Assembly: GCA_009103225.1 (NCBI GenBank)
Contig: RHPI01001442.1
Span: forward strand, 62,001-126,000
Direction: 5' to 3'
DNA from: Chlorokybus atmophyticus
Taxonomy: Eukaryota > Plantae > Mesostigma and Chlorokybus algae
Length of the DNA stretch: 64,000 nucleotides
Part shown: positions 1 through 16,100 of the stretch, in pieces
How the letters are laid out: each line of letters begins with the position of its first letter
Position numbering within the stretch: position 1 is the stretch's first letter
Translations under genes and position numbers: made by a program
The notes under the pieces: generated by a model
Databases searched by the model: none
What the model was told of the DNA's origin: nothing
What the model saw: the letters and a program-made list of their open reading frames with translations, nothing else

Positions 1-127
1 CAGAACTGGTGATACGCAACTACGTAAAATGTATATCCACGACTAGCTAAGAGCTGTGTTGGCATTGCTGTCAGCAACAGAAGCCACACAGCTGGCATGT
101 AAAGCTTGGTACGAGTGGGATGCGTCA

Positions 128-2706
<2,579 letters not shown>

Positions 2707-3173
2707 CCTGCCCAGCGACCTCGCCAACAACGCCACAACGACCACGACGCTTACTCACACCACCACCACCAACAACAACAACAACAACACGGCCACTGAC
2801 GCCGCCGCCGCCCACAATGCCACTGCTAGTTGACGCCCTCACTTCCGTTCAAGCTCGCTGTGACGCCCGAGACTAAGTGGTTGTTTGTCAATGCTGCAGT
2901 GCATTAAACTGCAGGCCGCCGGAACCGACCGATCGCTTAGCTCAAGGACAACTGACCGTCAGCTTCCACCATCCGGAAATTGATTGCCTCGTCAGCTTTT
3001 GGCTGGCAGGATTGATCTCCACCCGCCATTTCGCTTGTGTCTGAACTCATGTGATGCTGTTGCGGCTGCTATTTGCGGGCACCGTGCAAGCGCTGTGGCA
3101 AGAATATACCGTCTGTCGCCTACGTGCCACTGTGGCAGCAGCAGTGTAGTGGTATGCGGCGGCGGCGGCGGGC
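2707..3173. promoter_or_regulatory. Probable bidirectional promoter/5'UTR region between fabG (-) and the TRIC-like gene (+)
   Basis: About 470 bp between two divergent start codons; GC/CpG-rich. Positional inference only; no specific element identified. Confidence 0.35.
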
Positions 3174-5325
3174 ATGACGGCGGGGTCCCACGTCCCTGAT
3201 GGACAGGACGTGGCGGCAGTGGCGGTGGTGAGACCTGCTACGCGGGTGCGCGTGGCGCCGGCGTCGCAGTTGAGGCGGCAGCCAAGGCGACAGCTCCTCC
3301 AGGTGAGAAAGACAGTGGTAAACACACAGAGAGGTTAGGGTTTCAAAGCAGTGTGTTGCTTGTACCACTGTGCTCTTTTTCTTGTGTCGAACTGTGCTTC
3401 TGAAGGAACGGTACAGTTCCTTTCATGTATGCCATCGCAGTCCAAGCTCGCATTACCCTCTAGTTACCACGGTCAAGTGGTTCACACGATTCACAATCTA
3501 CCACTGGTACACCGCTCCAACACCACTCCAACACCACTGATACAACTTATGATTTAGCGATCAGTATAAATGGTGTAAGGTGCTACACTGTGAGCACGGG
3601 AGTGTGTGCGTTGATAATGTCGATCATGAGCATTGTAACATACTGTGTGGTGAGTATAGCAGCTGTGTGCTGTTGAGTAAGGTTGACTATGTACACCACT
3701 CTTCAATCTTTGCTGCAGTTTGCTTCATGGTGGAGAAGGCGAAATAAACACAGTACGAAGTGGAATGGTGATGGGAGTGTTTTGTTACAATCAGTTCAAT
3801 GTAGGGTTTTGTTTGTGTTGGCACAAATGAGAACGTAACAGCAACTGCAACACGATCAAATGGCGGCTGTAGCTCATGCTCTTGAAGCTCCATTCTACTA
3901 AGGCAAGGCAGTATGTGACCTTGACGGACATGCTTGTTTTGCAGGCAGATCAGTTAGACCGCCGAAAAAGGCATGCAAACAAGGATAAAGCGGTCACCAC
4001 CGAAAGTCCTGCCATTCAGCAAGCCACGAAACCCTCCTCTGTTGGCCATGAAGACATCAAACCACCTGCCAGGAGCTGGCATACGATGGCTCTACAGGCA
4101 GTGTGCGCTGCTCTTCTCATCCCCATCCTGCTTCTCCTCCCCGCATTCATTCAAAGCCTGCCGTGGACGTTTACAACGATCGCACACGACCTGTACGTTT
4201 GCATCTACTTCCGCCTGCAGAGGCCAGAGACCAGATGGTTAAGGTCCTTGTGCATGTCGATGTTGTTCATTTTCGCCGGCACGACCTCAATGGCTGCGAT
4301 GATGGGCCAGTTATGGTCCTATTCTTACATCCATTCCTTGCGTTGGCCTGTGGCGTTGGCTCTGACCTGCTGGGCTTCCGTCCAGATTGTATCATATGAG
4401 TGGCTTCGTTACCACATGAGCACAGACAGCCTCCTGCTGTCTTATGTCTTTAGATTAGGCCTCAATTTCCTTGAAGGCGCCTGTAAGTATAGCAGCCTTG
4501 CGCATGCCTGGGGCAGGCTTCATTCACGATACTGGCGAAGCAGTATTTTTGTAAAGCTGCTGCTCGGCACCACAAGAGGCTCAGCAGGTGCGTACATAGC
4601 AGGGCAAGATTTTCAGCTGAGAGTGTGTTTGCTCTTGTGCATATGTCACTTGTGTTTGAAGCACATAGCATGGTGTAGTATAGCTGTTGTACATGTCACC
4701 GACTGTACAAGAGCACGCGCTTTAGATGTACTCAGCATGTTGCATGTCGAGAAAACCTCAACATGCGTATGGACGTGCATGTGCGTGCGTGTGTGCGTGC
4801 GCGCTCTGCACGGAAGATATATGCACATATGTGCATGGGTTCAAAACCTGCTTGCATGCACATACGCACATTTGCGCATATACGCTCCCATACACTGTTG
4901 CGCATGCACACACCCAAAACACAGGTACGCCCACATGCATATGCCATGTATGCCTGCGCGCAGGCATACATGCACATACGTGTAGCATGTTCATATTGTG
5001 TACATTTCAAGTGACATCCAAGTCTCAAGATTGTTCCTCATCATGGATGCTTGACTTTGATGGAATGGCAGGTTCTGCAACATCGTACTTTGAGTCATTG
5101 TTGGCACATCCGGAGGCGTTGCGAGAGGAGGGTGAGTTGTTGTATTACGACATCAGGCGGTCATGCCTATTCTGCGCAGCGTTGTGGCTATCTGACTCGC
5201 TGACGTTGTTTCGGCCAAACGGCAGAATCGTGTTGTTGACTCATTCTTTGGCGGCATGCTACATGCTATCGCTGTATTCTAGCAAGTTTTATCGGACTCT
5301 GCCTACGCTAAAGAAGCAAAATTGA
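3174..5325 (+). CDS. TRIC/TMEM38-like trimeric intracellular cation channel homologue, probably 3 exons
   Basis: Proposed exons 3174-3302 (donor CAG|GTGAGA), 3945-4587 and 5072-5325; phases are compatible. The protein reads FTTIAHDLYVCIYFR...LCMSMLFIFAGTTSMAAMMGQ...LLGTTRGSAG|SATSYFESLL. This parallels eukaryotic TRIC motifs (F.IAH, SML..FAG...LLG, G..(K/R)G.G....EQL) and has several hydrophobic helices. First exon/start codon uncertain. Confidence 0.72.
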
Positions 5326-6194
5326 GGAGTTGTGTTGCGTCTCAAAAATGCAATCGCGCCTGAAGCCTTGTGTCTTAGTTCTGGATTCACAAGCACATGG
5401 AGACTCTATTTGCAAAGCGCATGTGCGCAGAGAAAAGATGTATCTTGGCGGGTATATGCTGTGTTGTGTTAGGTAGACACAGTGATTGTCTGCTTGCTGC
5501 ACTGGTTGTCTGGTTGAAGTGATCACGTCAGGTGTACTGATGGAACTGCCATATCTGCAACCGCGTATGTTTTGTGCTTAGAAAAGGTTAATACTTTGGG
5601 TTTACTGGATGAGTGAACAAGCTGATGCTGAGGCATACGCGGTTGCTGTAGGTTTGCGTATGCACTGGGTGTGCATTACATGTTAACCATTGGCATGCAG
5701 CAGGATTAACCTATTGTATGGTCAGGACAGCTGCCCAACCACAATCATACCTGCACAGGCTCAGGTACACGTAAAGTTGATGAACAAATTTGCTCGACAT
5801 AAGCCAAGACAGTGACTTTCTGCCTGCCTTGCCCTTGCCCTTGCCCTTGCACATAGGCACCAAGCCCCATGGCCTAGCTTGCCCTGGTTGAGCTTCGGTG
5901 GTTAGTGAGTATGTGTACATGATATATGACGTGCTGTTGTGCAGAAAGGCACTCCAGCTAGTAAGAGTTGCAGACCAGTACAGTTACATCAGCAAAAGCA
6001 GCGTACATAAGGCAAACAAGCTTGTCTATGCACAATCTAAGCAAACCCAAGTCATCTGGACTCACTAGTACAACAAACGATAGACTAAACAGGCTATGGC
6101 AGAGATATGAATGCCGCAGCACCTCAAGGTTCAATGACTCACATCAAACTTATTACCCTCACGTTATGGATTGCCAAGCTGTTGGATATAAAAC

Positions 6195-9100
6195 TCAGAG
6201 CTTCGTACCGCGGGCATTGTGGTCCGAGGACTTGGACTCAACATCGGAGTCATAGTCCTCCAGCTCCTGGAGGTCCTGCATGTACAGACTGATCCTCCTC
6301 CTCTGCCACATAGCCTCCATGTAGTTCTTCAGCTGCTTCCACCGGTATATGACGACCGTGATGGCGATGCAGCCACAAAGAGCCAGGATTACGAGCACTG
6401 CAACGGCGAACGGTGCCATCCTTTCGACCGTGCCTTGCCACGGCTTGATAACAACCTCGTCGAACACACTCCCATTTGCGTTGTAGAACACTTTGTAGTG
6501 AAGATACGACTTTCCGTGTGCTTCCAATCGAGCATATCCATAAAAGAGACCTGACTTTACACACCATGCTTTGGAGGCGTTGAATGTGGCCACACCCTGC
6601 ACAGCAAGGACATGCGTGTCACACTTAGTCGTTAGCTTGTTGATTAGGTACAGAGCAACCACAATCTGTGGCATGCAATAATGCATTGCAACGTATGTAT
6701 GGCTTGCCTGTCTGCCTTCTTTGTAATGCAGGCGGTTGATCCACGAAGCCTCGCTTCTCAGCGTTGCGCCGCCATTTCCGTTGACAATATACACCGGCGC
6801 AGCACCGCTTCCAGAGCATTTGCCCTTGTATACAGCGCACGACCTCTCATACGAATGGACGTGTCCACTAATCACAAGGTTCACATGGTACCTGCCAGCA
6901 AAGAATGTGTTTAAGCTGGGCGCAACAGTCAATGTAGTCACGCGCGCCATAAGAAGTAACATATCTCACTTGTAAAACAGGTCCTCCAACTCGGCAAGAA
7001 GGCGTTGTGCGATTTCTTGGGCGGGATCTTCCTCGTCAACAAGGGTCACCGCAGCCGTGTACATTGGACGGTGAATCAGCACCACCACCCACGGCGTGTA
7101 CTTGCGGTTAACTCTGCGAAAATCCTGCTCAAGCCACGTGCGCTGCGCCGTCCCGAGTGTAAAGTCATGCTCGCTTGACAAGCTGACATAATGTACGCTG
7201 CCCAGGTCGTACGAGTACCAAAACACCTGTGTGCACATCAACTTAGTCGCAGGTCTTGGTCGTTGAGCAATAAAAGGGATGGAACGGGATGGAACAAGTC
7301 GTATGCACAAACAACAGCTCACCGCATTTCCGGCGTTTGTGCCTTTGAACCGCGCAGCAAAAGGCACAGAGCACTCGCCGTTGGAGTCCATTGCCACGCC
7401 CGGCCAGTTGGGGTTGGCGGATGATGAGGGAGAAACTTCCGCGGCGGTGAGGCTGGGATCGTTGTTGCTTCCGAGCTCGTAGTCGTGCTCGTGGTTGCCG
7501 GGAGCGGTCATGATCGGCATGCGCGTGCCCAATGGCTCGAGCAGAGTCATGAACTGCTCCCACAGGTAGGCATGACCAATGGCGTATGACAAGTCTCCAA
7601 TTAGGAGAGCCGCGTCAGCAGCAGTGCTATGGCTGTCTTTAATCATCATGGGCAATGTACCATTCTGTATGCAACAGACACAGACAGATACTCAGTGGCA
7701 TGTTGCTTGTCAGCAGAAATGACTGTCTTTACAACTTGTTTACCTCATGGAATGTGCTTCCAAACGCAAAGCATCTGCTCCATTCATTCACTGCGCGAGA
7801 AGCATCGCCTTCACCCCATCCAAACATGCTCCAGCTGCAATTGCCCATCATGCCCCATGTTGGCTCCGCCAACACCCCAAGGTCGGCCGCTACCAAGACC
7901 TGCACGAGCTCCACATGACTGACACGTGTGTTGCAAACAGCACACTGTGCAAACCAGTTTTGACCATTTTGACGGTAATGACGGGTGATTGTTGGTGGTA
8001 AGCGTTGTGAATAAAACTGCAAGGTCAGATTTGCAGTCATAATGTTGTGGTCGTTGCTGTTCACACCACGTGAAGCATGCCTGTGAGTACGCGAGTAACA
8101 ATAAATGCCAACAGCTAGCTACGAGTTGCACATACCGAAGTGATCTCGTTTGCCCCGGATTTTGCAGCTGTGAAGCTTTGAAACTCGCTGAAGCGCTCAA
8201 TCCGCCCATAGCGATAGACGTAGCGCTTACCAGGAACCAGGTCGGTTATCACCGCTTCATGGATAAATCCGGGATCACGAAACCACCCAGAGGCAGTAAT
8301 ATTGGCTGGTCCTTGGCATAAATTCTCTGCAGCGTACATAATTGCATGATGAAGTTGCATATCAGTAAAAAGGTACCAATGAACACGGATTCCAACACAT
8401 GCATTATCTTGCAACGCAATAACTTTTCCTCAACGATACCCCTGCTTGAAAACTAATGAGGCATGCACAAAGTGTCCAACTCCGTTTCATTGTTGTTTAC
8501 ACACTGCTTGGACTTTGAGTCATACCTACGCCATATGTGCTGGTGGAGGCCATAACTGTGTGTGTGCTCTGCTCTCCCTCAGGTCCATACTCAACATACG
8601 CCTTGTTGTCGCTGCCTGATGTAAAGATGACGCGCATTTCTGTGGGATCCCCTGTCAGCCCTAGATGGCCATGCATGGGAGCTTGAGACTTGAATGACAC
8701 GGTCTGCGATTCCGCCAGCAGCTTGAAACTGTTCCCTGCAGGTACTTCTGCACCTTCCTCTCCGTCCCAGCCCCACATGCGAAAAGCATAGTCCGCACGC
8801 ATGTCAAACAACCTGCCACAATGAGTGCGAACTGTGAGTGCATCGCCTTTGACAACATGCAACACAGCATGGCGCACGTGGCATGACGACGTCGGTGACA
8901 GCTCGACCATGCAGTCACCTGAAAGAAGCTGTTCCCAAGCCTGCCGGGATGTCGATGTAGTCCAGGTAGTCACTGGGTTCAGCAGACGGAGGAGAGTAGA
9001 TACCTTAGGCAAAAGCAAACATGAGTTGGGAAATCTGAAAAAAAGATTTTGCATCAACCACTTGCCTGGCGAACGTTATAAGTATGCATGAGATAATCAC

Positions 9101-9669
9101 CTGCTTACCTATCCAGGCTGCCTTGGTGGAGATGGGGTTCCAGGTCCACTGCAACTGCACCACTTCGCCATTGCCGATCGAAGTCGTGTTTGCCCAAAGT
9201 GAAGCGTAGTCCAAGTTTCTGCCAAATATGTAACAAGCTTGAGAGGAGGCAGCTCAGATGCGCAAATAGTCACAGGCTCACAAACATTGCAAACCTTTGC
9301 ACTGTGTCATGGTGCACTGCATGGCCAGCTGAATAACTCTACGACCGGCACAACTGCTTGCAGCAGGTTGCTCACCTTTGCAGCAGGTTACGGCCAGCTG
9401 TTGCCACTTGGTATGAGTGCAATCGGCGTCTTTCCAACTCAGACGCGTCAATCCTCCTAAAGCATGTGAGCTTTCAGCAACAGTTTTTGTACTGGTCCTA
9501 TGGTTTGCACTTGCAGTGTACGAGTTAACTTGATAGTTTCAACTTATCACCTGCCAGTGGTGTAGTCTCGGCGGTGAAGAAAGGTTGGCACGACATCAAC
9601 ATGGCACACAGCCCTTGCAATCAAAAGCGATAGCAGCACCAACAGTAGCCAGTGTATGTGGCAAGGCAT
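6195..9669 (-). CDS. Purple acid phosphatase (PAP2/PAP9-like metallophosphoesterase) with signal peptide, FN3-like domain and C-terminal transmembrane helix
   Basis: All five PAP metal-ligand motifs are present across exons: ADLG (about 7890), GDLSYA, GNHE, IHRPMY, GHVHSYER. FN3-type segment HGHLGLTGDPTEMRVIFTS. Hydrophobic leader WLLLVLLSLLIARAVC. TM segment FAVAVLVILALCGCIAITVVIY near the C-terminus. Confidence 0.93.
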
Positions 9670-11339
9670 GCTGTGCTTTTGTGACTTCACTTCAACAAGT
9701 TTGGGGTCAGCAGCGCAGCCTGCCAACGCAAACAAAGGCAATCTGTCGCTCATGCACGGAAGAGAACCCATAACTTTAACAAAGCACTCTGTCTGGCAAG
9801 AGTGTTGCCCTCAGCTGGTGACATCACACGCTGGCAGCTTGCAAACGAACTATGCGCCCAACAATGAACTCTCTATCGTGATTGATGCAATTGCAGACAG
9901 CTGCTACATTACTCACGTGCTGTTACTGCTCACTGAACCCCTCTCCAGCTGTCAGCATTGCCTGCTGCCGTCCACAAAGCAAGCAAGGAGTAAGCGGTCT
10001 GCACGGAAGCAGCTTGTTCCTTAAAGACCAAAGCTCTCAGCGCCGTGCACAGCAACTAATGGACCCAGCTACAAACGCGAATATCTTCCTAATGCTGCCT
10101 CGCAAGCGTTGTAATCGTTCAAGCCAGCGTCCAAACTGTCCAACAAGTTCACTGCAATACCACGCTTTTACAAAAGCAGGCGTGGATGGTAGACTGTCGC
10201 TCAGATATGCTGATGTACTACAGCTATCAAAGCTTGCTGTCCAGCAGCCAAATGCTGTCCTCCAACTGTCGACAAGAGCACAGCAGCCAGCTGGTCGCTG
10301 GGGTTGTAAGCAACGGTACCAGCAGCGAGGTGAGCTTAGATCTCTACGCCAATCACATCACCTCCGCGCCTAAAGCAGGGAAAACAAGCAAGACGCGCTG
10401 TTTGTCAAGCGACACCGACAAGCAGCCTCCTTGAGACCTACGCCTACGCGCACGCCACCGCTGTCGTCGCCGCCGCTGCCCACGCTGATGTGACGGCAGC
10501 AGCATGCGCTAACGAACTGCAATGATGTGCCAGTTAGTTGAACGGCGGTTTGATGCTGGCAGGCGCACGTGAGGGCAGCCAAGTCGTGACCGTCAATTTG
10601 TGTTCAGCTGCGTTATGGCCGTCGGATTGCTGGTGTCGAATTTGGAGCAGAGCGCTAACGAATTGCATCGTGTACAGGGAATCGAAGGTGTTAATGTGTT
10701 CGCACAGCGCTATTGGTGCTCCTCTCCGACTTGGGTGACACGAGACGTGTGTCATGATGGCACACTTCTTGGCAATCCCATCAATGCTTGGGTTCTTTCT
10801 CACTGTGCACACGGCGTACAAAATGCTCTTGCTTTGTGTGTAATGACCTGTCTTGCGAACATCACACTTCAGTTTGTGCGGCGTTGCGGACTGCAATTTT
10901 GCAGTGCATCAACTGCCTATTTGTCAAGCTGTTGTTGACTCTTATTGTTATTGTTGAACATGCAGGGGCCTTGGCGGACGCCTGCTGCTCAGAAGCGTGC
11001 ATACTGATTTGGGTGCATTCAGGCTCTGTGTTTTGAAACAGCTCCCTGCCCTTCAGGCAGTACTATACATCATAATCAACATTTTACACCAAGTCATTCT
11101 TGTTGCTGGGTGCCATTGCGATGTTGTTGCTACGCAACCCATGGCTACATTCAGGCATCCCAACAATGCCAGATAAACCTAGCTCTGCTTGATCCAGAAG
11201 TCCCTCGTCCCAACAATGCCAGCCCAGCCAGAAAGGACTACTGGGCTGAGCTTCAATGAATGATGTGATAAATGTCAAGCTATGACAAGTCAAGCTATAC
11301 CATGCAATGCTCTACCGCAACTACTAGTGGCTTCCTGTG

Positions 11340-13127
11340 CTAGGAAACATGCTGACGGCTGTGAACACGAGCCACCAGTGAAGCCTCCACATCCTCCCAG
11401 TCATGCACGCGCTGAATTTGCGAGTGCGTTGGGCCTGCAGAATCTCAGCATCATCACAACATCACAGCATATTAGCAGCAGTTGCGGAAAGTATAAGCTT
11501 TGCTTGATAGCGCTCACCATCAGGGGTCTTGCTCCAAGCATAGCTATTGTTCCAATCAAATAGTAGTACATCCAACCCTGCGTGTGCGCACTCCACAGCG
11601 TACTGCGGGTTGTCGTCTATCAGAACCTCCACGCCGAGCTCAAGGCATATTGCAGACTTAGATCGCGCGATGCCAGAAAGGGCATAGTGGTTCCCAAAAT
11701 GAACCTCTTGAAAAATATCTGCAGCAGTGGCCACGTTTGAGAGCACAACCTCAGTGTGTGGTCCATCCAACTCCCTGCATGCCTTGTGATCACAAACAAC
11801 ACTCGCTGATTGCCAGTACAGCGTGCCATGCGCTTACCTGGAAAATGTAACTGTAGCCAGTCCAGTGTTGGCTTTCTGATCACATGCTGCCTTGACCTGC
11901 AACAGAAGGAGGTCGCGTTTAGCTATGCCTCCTCTTGAACTCTTGTCCAGAAAGGTACTGTTAAAGTGCCCATTTGAGTGACCGAGCTTGCTATGACTTA
12001 CGTGACCACGACAAAGTCGCAATGCTGCGTCAGCCTCGTCAAAGCATCCCTGGCACCCGGAATAGGCGGGATGCCGGTCGCGAAGTCATCTGACTTAAAA
12101 AACTCGTGCACCCGGTGGTTTGCTGCAAGACTGCTAGTGTCAGCATGCAAGTGCATCCCACTGCATGCACAGGCGCATCTTTGCAAGCAGCAGCTGTTGT
12201 GGTATATGACACCTGTAGCCAATGCAACCAATGTGAAACACTTTTGACCAGCCATGTACCTTCTTCTTGCGAGCACTTCCACACCTGCACACCATGCGCA
12301 CTGGTCAGCACTAACAATGACCAACACCAACAATAAGGACACGCGTAACTTCTTCAATATATGTACCGTTTTGAAGTCGTATATCTTGAATTCTTCAAGC
12401 CGATGATTGAGACAGTTGACGTGGTTGCAATGCGTGTTGAGAGTATGCAGAAAGCGGGCGAGCACTGCAAGTGTACACATCGACAAGTCAGAAGCTTATC
12501 TCTACTGACAATTCCTGATGCGCTGCAAAGACTAGACGACCAACACTGACCTTCATCCACATCAACACCAACACGGATCTTCTTGATGGGCACAACGTCA
12601 GGCTGCAAAACCCTCCGCCGAGAGCCGGGATCGGTTGTGGTGGTGGTGTTGGTGGTCTGCGCGTGCTGCGCAATCAGCTCGCTGTGCGACTCAAAAGGCC
12701 TCAAGCTGGACAGCTGCGGCCGCACTCGTGCAGCAGTGGCCTCTGTGGCGTCCGCCCTTGTGCACACACTCAAAGGCAGGGATTTCAACCAATCACCACG
12801 CGACCGCCGCTGCTGCTGCTTCTCGCCGTGCCTGCCATTATTAAGCTATCACGCGACCAACATGCTTGAATGCCAGATATGCTGTCAACCGTAGCTCAAA
12901 ACATAGCTGCGCGTGACGGTGACTGCTCACTTGCATGCAAGTCTATGCCAGTTGGGCAATTGTGAAATTGACAATTGACCACAATTAGTGAGACAAACAG
13001 ATTGTCCAGCCAGAGACACCCTGCAATACCTTAGCGGGTGCCGCCTTTGAACGTTGCACGAGGCTGATTCTGTCGAGGAGGCTGTGGTGGGAGCACATGC
13101 TGCCAGCCTGGCTAGGAGGGCCGACAT
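11340..13127 (-). CDS. HAD-superfamily 5'(3')-deoxyribonucleotidase (NT5C)-like protein, probable organellar transit peptide
   Basis: Spliced product: IRVGVDVDE|VLARFL (HAD motif I), VVVT|SRQ (motif II), SKSAIC (motif III Lys), VLIDDNP (motif IV), ending QRVHDWEDVE...VS* at 11340. Putative exon 1 MSALLARLAACAP...HPLR joins in frame via AG|GTATTG. Confidence 0.85.
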
Positions 13128-16100
13128 GCCAACAACGGGGGCGCCCGGCCCACCCTACCGCGGCGCCGTCGCTGCTGCCACCGCCAATTGGCGGAGGCCT
13201 GTTCGACCTGGTCAGCAGGAGCCCAGTCCTCTGTGCATACCAGGCCAGCCTGCGCCAAGACCACCCCGGGGGCCCGAAGCCTCACAGCGGCGGGAGGCGC
13301 CCAGCCGAGCTTTCCTTCTTAACGAAAAGAGTACTTTGCAACGACACCGTAGCTCCCGCTTCAAGCGGCCGCCGGTTCCGCCTCCGCCTCCTTGTCTTCC
13401 TCGTCCCCCGCCGCCGCCACCGCTGCCTCTGATTACGCTGGTATGCTCTACCGCGTGACTCAGCTTGTCACTCAAGGCCTTGAGTTTGGGTTACCCAACC
13501 AATACGACCGTAACACGATACGCCACTGCTGCTGTCATCAACTCGTTCAAACCGCAAAACCAACAAATCAAGCGCCAATCTCCGCGGCATTCCCGCGCGC
13601 ACGTTCTTTGCAGGGAGTGTCAAAGACTGTAACGTTATCAAGCTGCGCGGCGATAGTAAACTGAACGGGATGCGTTACTAATGCACGAGTGTCACGTGCG
13701 TCCCGAGCGTGCGTTGCTGTTGGCGCCACTGCAGCTGTCACTAGGCCTACTACTCACTGTACCCTTGCGTCCCGATGATTTTGCTCGATCCAAGTTGATC
13801 CAGCAGAAGCATGATCAATTGAAGGGTCTTTGCCAAAGACCCGAGGTCATACCAAAGACTCTTGGTATGACCTCGTTCTCGAAGAGACATGTCAACTTCC
13901 TACATTTTGTCTCTTACAAGAAGGGCCTCTTGCCTCCATGTACGACTGTGCTCTTACATCGAGGTTGCATGAAGCGTTTGACACATCACGCACTTCATGT
14001 CAAGTGATGATGTGTGATGCTGTGACATATCACACATATAAACTACTTACCTATAAGGAAACTAAGGTACTTATGAAGTGCGTCCATTAGTGCATAATCT
14101 GATGTACCTTTCGTGTAGGTTTTAAATGATAAATGTATTTTCAAGACTGATTGTCTCTTAGACGGCGACATCTCTAACCCGGAGGTCTTCAACCGAGAGG
14201 TTACACAACGTATTGCAACTTATGATGATACGTCAGTTAACCTAATCACTATAAATCAATACGCGAGTTTAAAAGTAGTGCATGAGTAGTTGTCGTGTAG
14301 CTTATGTTGAAACGAACATTATTATAATGAGATTTATTATCAAAATCGAAAACGTTTACATTGTCAAATTTACTAAGTAGTACCACCCAATAACTTTTTT
14401 AAGTCAGTAATGTGGCGGCAAATTGCATTGACTCTAAGTATGCGTACTACTTTATGATTGATCATGCACACATATACGATGTGGCGCAATTGTTGCAGTG
14501 ATGCACATGTGCATTTATTGAAAATAATAAGTTAATAATATTAATTTTGCAATTATCGTTTATATCGTACTGATATAAATATGTTTATAAATAAATATTC
14601 CCTAGTTAACGCACCCTGCTTTAATCGTTTTTATGCTATAAGCTTGATCAAGCTTATTCATGAACTGTGAACTTTAAGTTTCACAGCGCTTGTGGTCGAG
14701 CGCTATTTATGTACGGTTTGGTGCTTACTTAAAGTTATAAAAAATAAATTATAATTTCAATTCATTTATAACTGTTATACAAGCATAAGATGCACAACAA
14801 ACTTCTTATTGTACATATAGGCATAGCTTATTCGATTAAACTGATGAAGGGGTAATCAGAGAGAGCGTGCACAATTGATAAGTATTTCGAGCATATTTAT
14901 GTCAAAAAAACTCATTTAATCTACTCTTTACCTTTGCTAAGATAAACTGCCACGCCCATTAGGCTGGCGAAAGTTATTCAACAAGTCATCTAACAAGTCA
15001 TTGTCTGTCCCTTTCTTATATTGGTAGGCAGACATCAAGTGGGGACTTGTACTTTGCAAGCGTGTGTAGTGCTTGTGGGGTACGCTCTTATGTAGGTCTG
15101 CTCTTGAGCTTATGAGGTCTTGAGTATGATAAACTACACAAGGCGTTGATGAGGGCTTGCAAAGAGCTGGTCAATGCTTATGGCCATGTGAGCCCTCAGA
15201 TTGTGAGTTGCCATAGGAAGTGGCAGTTGGAAGATAGTGAGGTAAGTTGGCAACTCATAGGATGTGGTAGTGCGATTTGCCATTAATGTGACAGTTGTAA
15301 GGCAAATGGTGCATGTGGGCAATCCGCAAATACGTGTGTACTAGGGGAGCTTAAGTTTGTAGTTTTGAGGCAAGATTGTTACTCTTGCATGAACCCGAGG
15401 TAATGGATACTCCCAAGGTAGAGTTTGTTGGTTTTTATGTTGGGACAAGGTTAGCGCACAGTGACAAGGCCTAGGTGGCTTTAGATATTGTGTGGCAGGT
15501 CGGAAGAGCACCATGTGGTATAAATGCTAAGTTGCATTTTTGAGTGGGGATAAAGACATCTCTGTGTGTTTGCCTTACAAGAGGGCCAGTTGTGGGGTGG
15601 GGTGCCTGGTTGTTAGCTGTTGAAGGGCTTCCCCCCCCCTCATCCCTTGTGGGGTGGGGTGTTGTGGTGTTGTGCACGTGGGTGTGTTGGGTGTGCGTAC
15701 TTGAGGCTGGAGCTGACTGGAGGGGCCGATGGTCATCCTCTCCTCCCTTGGTGTTAAGCTGCATCCTCCCCTGCGAGGTGCTGCACCGGTGACGCTGGTG
15801 GGACTTCCATCTGCAAATTCTAAGCGCTTGTGCATAAGTTTGCCAAGGCCCGATCAGCAAGTAAATAGTAGTATTGTTACATAAACGACCTTTGCACCAC
15901 ACAACAATTAATTATGGGTATTTATAAACACGTGGGGCTGATAACGTGCGCACATCTCCGAGGCTCGTTCGTAAAAACTAATCGCGTGATAAAAATGAGA
16001 AACTAATTGAAGTTATTGATGCTGAAAACATTGATGGTGTTTCATGTTCTTTACCACATGAGTGCGGAGTGCTGATCACTTGGCATTGCAAAGCCGACCG

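Noticed and set aside
3335-3343. TTAGGGTTT telo-box-like motif (similar words near 3741, 21720, 58148)
   Set aside because: Short motifs expected by chance; no tandem telomeric array and no positional evidence of function.
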